In this document: piece by piece, positions 58,397 through 64,000 of the stretch
Layout: each line of letters starts with the position of its first letter
Position numbering within the stretch: position 1 is the first letter of the stretch
NCBI GenBank assembly: GCA_016198755.1
Contig: JACQIB010000004.1
Location: 64,001-128,000, forward strand
DNA length: 64,000 nucleotides
Direction: 5' to 3'
Source of the DNA: Candidatus Aenigmatarchaeota archaeon
GTDB taxonomy: Archaea > Aenigmatarchaeota > Aenigmatarchaeia > Aenigmatarchaeales > JACQIB01
Made by a program: the position numbers and the translations under genes
The notes under the pieces: model-generated
Seen by the model: only the letters and a program-made list of their open reading frames with translations
Database searches by the model: none
What the model was told of the DNA's origin: nothing

Positions 58397-58926
58397 GCTG
58401 TATTTTCCTTAGTTATAGAGCACAAACCTGAAAGCTTATGTGTAGCTCTTCTCAGAGCTTCTTTTACAATATCATCTTTTCCTGCAGGAACGCGTGCAGT
58501 CATTATTCTTTGTTCCGGATAAACACGCGCAGCCTGACCAATAGGCTTTCCCCAGCTCATTCTCATTCCCTGAGAAAACCTGTCAGCACCAGCTCCTGTA
58601 GCCATTGGATTATTTCTTAAAACATGATGTGGAAAAGGTCTGATTTTCAAAAAGAATCCAGTCTCACCAAGAGATGCTGTAAGGTATTTTGTGGCAGACT
58701 GCCGTGCAGCTTCAAGGCAGTTTGAGCGGAGCTGGCGTTCCTCATTTATAACAATGCTGTAAACCAATGGAAAGCGAGAATGGTTTTTAATATCTCCCAT
58801 CTCAAACTGATGTATCTTGCTTACAGGAACTCCTTTCACATAGCTTCTCCTCGGTTTTGAAATAGAAATACGTGTAAACGGTTTCTTTGATATGTGGTGA
58901 AAACATCTTCCTGGTATCAATCCCAT
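58393..58926 (-). CDS. rpl10e: 50S ribosomal protein uL16/L10e
   Basis: LEAARQ, PHHVLR-x-N-x-MATGAGADR, GMRMSWGKP. Confidence 0.95.
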   Translation of the reverse strand: MGLIPGRCFHHISKKPFTRISISKPRRSYVKGVPVSKIHQFEMGDIKNHSRFPLVYSIVINEERQLRSNCLEAARQSATKYLTASLGETGFFLKIRPFPHHVLRNNPMATGAGADRFSQGMRMSWGKPIGQAARVYPEQRIMTARVPAGKDDIVKEALRRATHKLSGLCSITKENTA

Positions 58927-58978
58927 CTAAATCCCCTGCCCTTATACTGCGCGGGTCTTTATAAAACTTCCCCATACC

Positions 58979-59179
58979 CTAATGCATGCTTGCAGGCTTG
59001 TATCCATTTGGACGGAGTGAAGAAGCAGTCGGTTCAAACTTATCTTTCTGTATTTTATATAAAAAATCATCCAGTTTCAAAGGTATAGTCCCCTTATCAA
59101 GCGCGTCCTCATAATGTTTTCTATAACTTTCAAGCACTTCTGCAGGTACAACAAGCACATCACTTGGGGCAGCTGTCAT
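58979..59179 (-). CDS. Small hypothetical protein
   Basis: 66-aa ATG ORF filling an otherwise empty gap. Confidence 0.5.
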   Translation of the reverse strand: MTAAPSDVLVVPAEVLESYRKHYEDALDKGTIPLKLDDFLYKIQKDKFEPTASSLRPNGYKPASMH

Positions 59180-59241
59180 AATAATCTGGATAATTAGAGT
59201 TAAGAAGCAAATAAAAAGCTTATGTATCCTTAGATGTAGAT

Positions 59242-60411
59242 TTAAAACCAGCCACTTTTCTTTTCTTCATCGGATTTTTCAGTCTTCCAGTGCATAGCAA
59301 GCTTGTTCATCCCTATTTCCACAGAAGCAGAATCATTCCCAACACCACACGTGTTTCCAACTCCAATTATAAGTATTTTTTCCTTTGTTCCGGCGCGTTG
59401 CACAGCAGCTTCCACCATTTTCAAAGCCTGCGGTGCAGCCTCAACCAGCTCCCTTTTCATCACTGATAAAGCATCCTCATCTGAAACTTTTACAGCAACC
59501 GCATCCAAAGGAATTCTTTTAGCAAGAGCAACCTCTTCTATCTCATATCTATCTACTCCACTTCCGCCCATAGCAACTCCAACACCCTCTGCTAAAGATC
59601 CCGTTTTCTCCCCTTCCATTTTCAGAGCAGCATCCACTGTAATAATCCTGTCAATTTTCTGCTTTTTCAAAAGCTTTAGCAAAAACTTCCCTGGATAACC
59701 AGTTGAAGCCCCCGGACCAAGAGCTTTTGAAACAAAAACATTCCTCCCTGCAATTTTTGCTTCTCCCAGCACAAATTCCTCTTCAGTAAATCTTGTTACT
59801 TTTTTCATCATTCTAGCAGCAATCAACGGCCCAATTCCATCCCCAACAGGCATCCCATCAGCAAAAGCTTTTGTAGCTCGCACAGCAGCCTTTGCTACCC
59901 TTACAATAAGCGGTATCTGCATCTGCAAAATCATTGCCAGCTGGAAAATCTTGTACTTCTTTATTGTTTCCAAGAAGTGGCGCACAATTTTAGCTATCTG
60001 GTAGGATTGCATTGCTCCCAGCAAAGCATCCTTTATGTTAGCTTTTTGGATATCAGAAGCCTGCGGAGCAATCTGGTTCACAAAATACGTAAACCTATAG
60101 TCCATCTGCCGCACAACCATGTCTACCTTTTTTACAATACCATACGGATCCATATCCACAGGTGAAACAGCAAAGAATTCCATAAAGTTTTTAACAGCTA
60201 TTTTTTGTTCTTTTGTAGGCTTTCTGGACACAGCATGCAAAGCAATGCTCCTGCTCTTTTCAGCCATACCCTCCAGTTCAGCCACATCTTTTTCCAGCTT
60301 CCAGATTGTTTGTGTAGTCATTAACCGCGGATAAAGAAAAATCATAACCATGAAAAGTATAAAGTAAATTATATTAAGCAGGCCATCCCCGCCCCCTATC
60401 TGCGAAAGCAT
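59242..60411 (-). CDS. DUF1512-family protein
   Basis: PVDMDPYG, GDGIGP, TVDAALKMEGEKTG-x2-AEGVG-x-AMGG, GVGNT. Confidence 0.85.
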   Translation of the reverse strand: MLSQIGGGDGLLNIIYFILFMVMIFLYPRLMTTQTIWKLEKDVAELEGMAEKSRSIALHAVSRKPTKEQKIAVKNFMEFFAVSPVDMDPYGIVKKVDMVVRQMDYRFTYFVNQIAPQASDIQKANIKDALLGAMQSYQIAKIVRHFLETIKKYKIFQLAMILQMQIPLIVRVAKAAVRATKAFADGMPVGDGIGPLIAARMMKKVTRFTEEEFVLGEAKIAGRNVFVSKALGPGASTGYPGKFLLKLLKKQKIDRIITVDAALKMEGEKTGSLAEGVGVAMGGSGVDRYEIEEVALAKRIPLDAVAVKVSDEDALSVMKRELVEAAPQALKMVEAAVQRAGTKEKILIIGVGNTCGVGNDSASVEIGMNKLAMHWKTEKSDEEKKSGWF

Positions 60412-60481
60412 GGGCTTACTTTGTTTGTAGCTGTATATAAACCTTTTCTGCCCTCGCGCAGAGTGCTTTCCTTTGGAAAGC

Positions 60482-62083
60482 TTAACGCTTATTCTTCCTG
60501 CGTTTTATTACTATTATAAAAAACTCCCTGTAAACTACAACAGATACAAACGCAACAGCAACCCCTATAACAATTATTACAGGAAGTGCTGGAAGTTCCT
60601 CTATTGGCTGCGAAACTATATCCACTCTCTTTTCAATAGTCTCTGTCCCACTCTCATTCTGGATAGTTATCTGCAGTGAGGTTGGGAGTATTCCATTTTC
60701 ACTTGAAGCAATTTCTATTTCCACTTCCCTCTCTTCCCCAGCAGCCAGAGTGAGAGTTATTGGCTTTGTTAAAACAGTTATTCCTTGTTGTGGTTTAAGC
60801 AAAACTGTAATATTTACTGTACTATTCTGGGTGTTCTTTACAAGTATACGAACCTTACCACCTATTATTCCAGTTATCAAAACAGGCGTTTCAATTCTAT
60901 TGATATCCAGCCCTCTATAAACCGCGGGTGTAATAGTAAATATTCCCAATGTTCTCACTTCTGTACCGCCGGCAGAAGCCTTGTAAGCAAATGGATAGTT
61001 CTTTACTCCAGCTTCTTTCGGAGGCTTAAAAAGAACAGAAAAAGCCTGTTCCTGCCCGGGCTTCAGTATCATAGACACGGGCTTTACTTCAAACCAGCTT
61101 TTATTCAATCCTTCTATATCCAGATAAAGCAGAAGTGGAGAGGAAGAGTTGTAAAAGCTTGAGATAGAAACTGTAGTGAAAATAAAGTCCCCAGCCGAAA
61201 CCCTTACCTCATCCTGATATTTTGTTATGTTCAGCTTTGGCTGGGTTGGTTGTAATGTTGTTGTGGTTTCTGTAACAGCAGCTCCGCCTCCTGCCCCTCC
61301 AACACCTTTTGATCCCCCAGACTCAGGTGAAGCCACTACAGTAAATGTATCAAATGCTGTTACATAATAGTCAGCTGAGTGTGCAGTGGCAGAAAGCCTG
61401 TAAGAACCTGGAGTTGGGGGAGCTGTAAACTTTACTATCCTTGTGTATGTCTGCCCGTTGCTAAGTGCAACAACATACTGCCCCAGCTCAGTTGTAAGAG
61501 AATAGTTTACTGTAGTGTCAACAGTGCCCGAGGAAAAGCTGCTTACAGTTATATTGGCTGACACTGAACCGAAAGATACTGGAGACTTGTCTATTACCTC
61601 CACAAAAACATCATATACAGGGGAGTTTGCTGTAAAGTTTGTTATATTGCTATCCCAGAGAACGCTGCGCGTTCCATTGTAAATCTGTGTTGTTATCTGA
61701 TAGAGGCCAGTGGTATTCGGGATGAAGTTTACAGAACAGTTTTTTAGACTATTGGATGCAACTGTTAAAGAGCAGCTTGTATTCTGGAAAACTCCCAGAG
61801 TGTTATTCATTGTAAGGTTTATAAAAAGCAAATCTCCAAGGTTTCCTGTATTCTGCACTGTTGCTGTAACATTAATTGAGCTGTTTGCACGAGGAGAAGG
61901 TGTTATGTTCAGGTCTGTAAACCTGCCCACTGCAAGGCTCTGTATGCTTGCATTTGATGTAACAGGCTCTGTTTGCTGGGTAACATATGCTACAGTCGAT
62001 AATAGTGGGAAGAAAACGTATATTAAAAGGAAAAGAACTGCAACAAAAGCAATCTCCCAGTCTCCAGTAGTTTTAGCATGCAT
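60482..62083 (-). CDS. Membrane-anchored surface protein with several Ig-like domains
   Basis: N-terminal TM, beta-rich domains, Gly/Thr linker, C-terminal TM + basic tail. Confidence 0.7.
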   Translation of the reverse strand: MHAKTTGDWEIAFVAVLFLLIYVFFPLLSTVAYVTQQTEPVTSNASIQSLAVGRFTDLNITPSPRANSSINVTATVQNTGNLGDLLFINLTMNNTLGVFQNTSCSLTVASNSLKNCSVNFIPNTTGLYQITTQIYNGTRSVLWDSNITNFTANSPVYDVFVEVIDKSPVSFGSVSANITVSSFSSGTVDTTVNYSLTTELGQYVVALSNGQTYTRIVKFTAPPTPGSYRLSATAHSADYYVTAFDTFTVVASPESGGSKGVGGAGGGAAVTETTTTLQPTQPKLNITKYQDEVRVSAGDFIFTTVSISSFYNSSSPLLLYLDIEGLNKSWFEVKPVSMILKPGQEQAFSVLFKPPKEAGVKNYPFAYKASAGGTEVRTLGIFTITPAVYRGLDINRIETPVLITGIIGGKVRILVKNTQNSTVNITVLLKPQQGITVLTKPITLTLAAGEEREVEIEIASSENGILPTSLQITIQNESGTETIEKRVDIVSQPIEELPALPVIIVIGVAVAFVSVVVYREFFIIVIKRRKNKR

Positions 62084-62121
62084 AAAAGAATTGCGCTGCG
62101 CCCGCTTAAAAGGCTTATCCC

Positions 62122-62805
62122 CTACTTTTTCTTTCCAAGCTTTTTCTTCAATTCCTGTTCCTGTTTCTTTAATTCAGCTAACTTTTCAGTAGCGGATATT
62201 TTGCCAGCTTTTTCCCTTCCCAGTTTAACAGTCCTGTATCCGGAAACAAGCTTTCTGCGTTCCAAGAAAACACCTATTGCTGTTGCAACAGCTCCTATGG
62301 CTGTTATAAAACCTGAAAACATCCCCCATTCCCCAACGAAAACGCTTAATGGAGCCTGTACAGAAGCGCCTACAGCAGAGCCTGTTGCAGCCAAATTAGT
62401 TCCTGGAGCATATGAAGCCAAGACCTTTCCTTTATACTGGGCAGGCATAAAAGGCGGGAATCTGGCTGTTGGTGCGGAAAAACAGACTTTCACGGCCCTT
62501 CCATCGCGTGGCATTGTTTTTGCAGGTACAGCTACTGCTGCTGGCTCTGTTCTTGTAACCATTCCGGAAATATCCCCCTCCACTTTTATAGAGGCAACAA
62601 CATCTGTATCAAACGGATTGTAAATATAGTATTGTGTGCAGGTTTCTTTCAGGTCTGGCACTCCAATAGCTTCCTGATCCCATCTCAGCCCAACACCAAT
62701 ATACTGCGCAGAAGCTAAAGTAGGCAGCAGTGATATGGGTATGGCAAAAGCAAGTAAAAGTAATAATGCCCGTTTATTTCCCATATTTTGAACTTTGTTT
62801 TCCAT
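62122..62805 (-). CDS. Secreted beta-domain protein with C-terminal TM and coiled tail
   Basis: Signal peptide (ASA), Cys pair, TM; GAGGT before ATG 62805. Confidence 0.7.
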   Translation of the reverse strand: MENKVQNMGNKRALLLLLAFAIPISLLPTLASAQYIGVGLRWDQEAIGVPDLKETCTQYYIYNPFDTDVVASIKVEGDISGMVTRTEPAAVAVPAKTMPRDGRAVKVCFSAPTARFPPFMPAQYKGKVLASYAPGTNLAATGSAVGASVQAPLSVFVGEWGMFSGFITAIGAVATAIGVFLERRKLVSGYRTVKLGREKAGKISATEKLAELKKQEQELKKKLGKKK

Positions 62806-62815
62806 ATTTATAACC

Positions 62816-63454
62816 TCAACAGGCTGTTTCATTTTCAGTTCCAAGGAAGTTTACTGTATTGTTGTAAATACCAGCGCGCTGGCCTGAAGGTATTGTTAAC
62901 CAAAATCTAAAACTGATAACAGTACCTGCCACGCTGTCATTTCCAATACCATCTATATATTTTTTAGCAGTGTCTATTGCAATGCCTGTGCCCAAGAACG
63001 GGTCGCGCGGGGCAGTAACGCTTGGTGCATTTACTGTATAGTTTGAGGCATTAAAGAGGAAGTTTATGTTTGGTATTGTTGCTGTATCTCCTCCGGATAT
63101 ATTGGTCAGGTTCGCATTATCATAAATACAGATATCCACTCCCACGTTTGTAGTGGAGGAAATAGATATATTGTACATAGATAGATTTCCGCCCGCATAG
63201 TTTGTTTGATTGTAGTTTCCAGAAGCATTATTGTTGCTTGTTCCAGGGTTTACAGCGCCAAATGCAATTCCGGCAGATAAATTTGTTGTAATTCCCAGTG
63301 CAACGAACTTGTTTATGCTTACATTAGCTGTTGTGCTCTGTGTATCTGTGGTAGCAAAGCCTGTTAGCTTGCCTCCGAATGAAAACAAAGAGAGGGAAAT
63401 TGCCATTAGCAAAAACACTGTTACCGTCAATATTTTAGCCCTGTTGTCTCCCAT
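62816..63454 (-). CDS. Secreted fimbrial-subunit-like protein
   Basis: Signal + LTGFA; C-terminal FWLTIPSGQRAGIYNNTVNF. Confidence 0.65.
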   Translation of the reverse strand: MGDNRAKILTVTVFLLMAISLSLFSFGGKLTGFATTDTQSTTANVSINKFVALGITTNLSAGIAFGAVNPGTSNNNASGNYNQTNYAGGNLSMYNISISSTTNVGVDICIYDNANLTNISGGDTATIPNINFLFNASNYTVNAPSVTAPRDPFLGTGIAIDTAKKYIDGIGNDSVAGTVISFRFWLTIPSGQRAGIYNNTVNFLGTENETAC

Positions 63455-63527
63455 ACTATCACATTATTTTTTAACTATTTAAGCCTTGATTTTGTCTTAT
63501 TTTTACTATATGTTTTTATATTCCCTC

Positions 63528-64000
63528 CTAACTGCTTTTGTTAGCAGTGAATATTATTGAGTTGTTATACAGACCTGGAGTCTGCCCCGTTGGGATTGCA
63601 AGGCGGAACTTAAAGTATACAGTTGTTGTGCCAGCTGCAATCTGGCTTTTAACAAGCTGGTCTGTCAAACTCATTGTCTGGAACGGGGAAATTGTTTCCA
63701 GCGTGTTGTCTGTGCTGGAGTTTAAAAAAGTCATATTGCTAATTCCTATAATGGATGTACCTCCTGTCTTGTTTGTTAAATGATCGTTTGCCCTCAGCCA
63801 GATATCTGCACTGCAGCCTGCATTTGTTAACTGGACAGAAAAAGTTGTAACTCCTGTTCCATTATTGCCTGTTGCGTTTATAGTAGTCCCAGGATTTATT
63901 ACATCGTATCCTATTGGAGCGCTCAGATTTGTTGAGAGTCCGAGGGAAATTGAGCAGGCAGCACCTGAAACATTTGCATAAACAGTTCTTGCACCTGCAG
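63528..64000 (-). CDS. Paralogue of 62816-63454, truncated by the right edge
   Basis: Frame open to the window end: ...LGLSTNLSAPIGYDVINPGT...FRLAIPTGQTPGLYNNSIIF. Confidence 0.7.
   Translation of the reverse strand, partial: AGARTVYANVSGAACSISLGLSTNLSAPIGYDVINPGTTINATGNNGTGVTTFSVQLTNAGCSADIWLRANDHLTNKTGGTSIIGISNMTFLNSSTDNTLETISPFQTMSLTDQLVKSQIAAGTTTVYFKFRLAIPTGQTPGLYNNSIIFTANKSS

Overview
Gene-dense archaeal chromosome segment. Archaeal markers are Rpo11, TFS, RFC-S, eL40, uL16/L10e, Dph2, Sec11 and TATA boxes about 25 nt before many start codons. Small genes, an LTGFA-type secreted protein and class III signal peptides suggest a DPANN lineage (inference). Housekeeping content: pyrH, pyrG, guaB, ether-lipid enzymes (ferredoxin+GGR, DGGGP synthase), a bacterial-style SUF operon with an intein in sufB, and smc-scpA-scpB. 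Most unusual items: (1) a 1663-aa membrane-anchored polymorphic-toxin-like protein ending in tandem dead/active zincin domains; (2) an 833-aa mini-SMC with roughly half-length arms, led by a wHTH regulator and with a NUDIX gene between scpA and scpB; (3) a tRNA-Thr(GGT) with two introns at non-canonical sites; (4) three wHTH-MNT/HEPN modules, each with its own paired palindromic operators; (5) a candidate non-type-IV fimbrial cluster at the right edge; (6) a C2HC zinc-finger acetyltransferase with Eco1/MYST-like architecture. No CRISPR array, rRNA or transposase was seen. All calls come from motif recognition by eye; no database searches were run.
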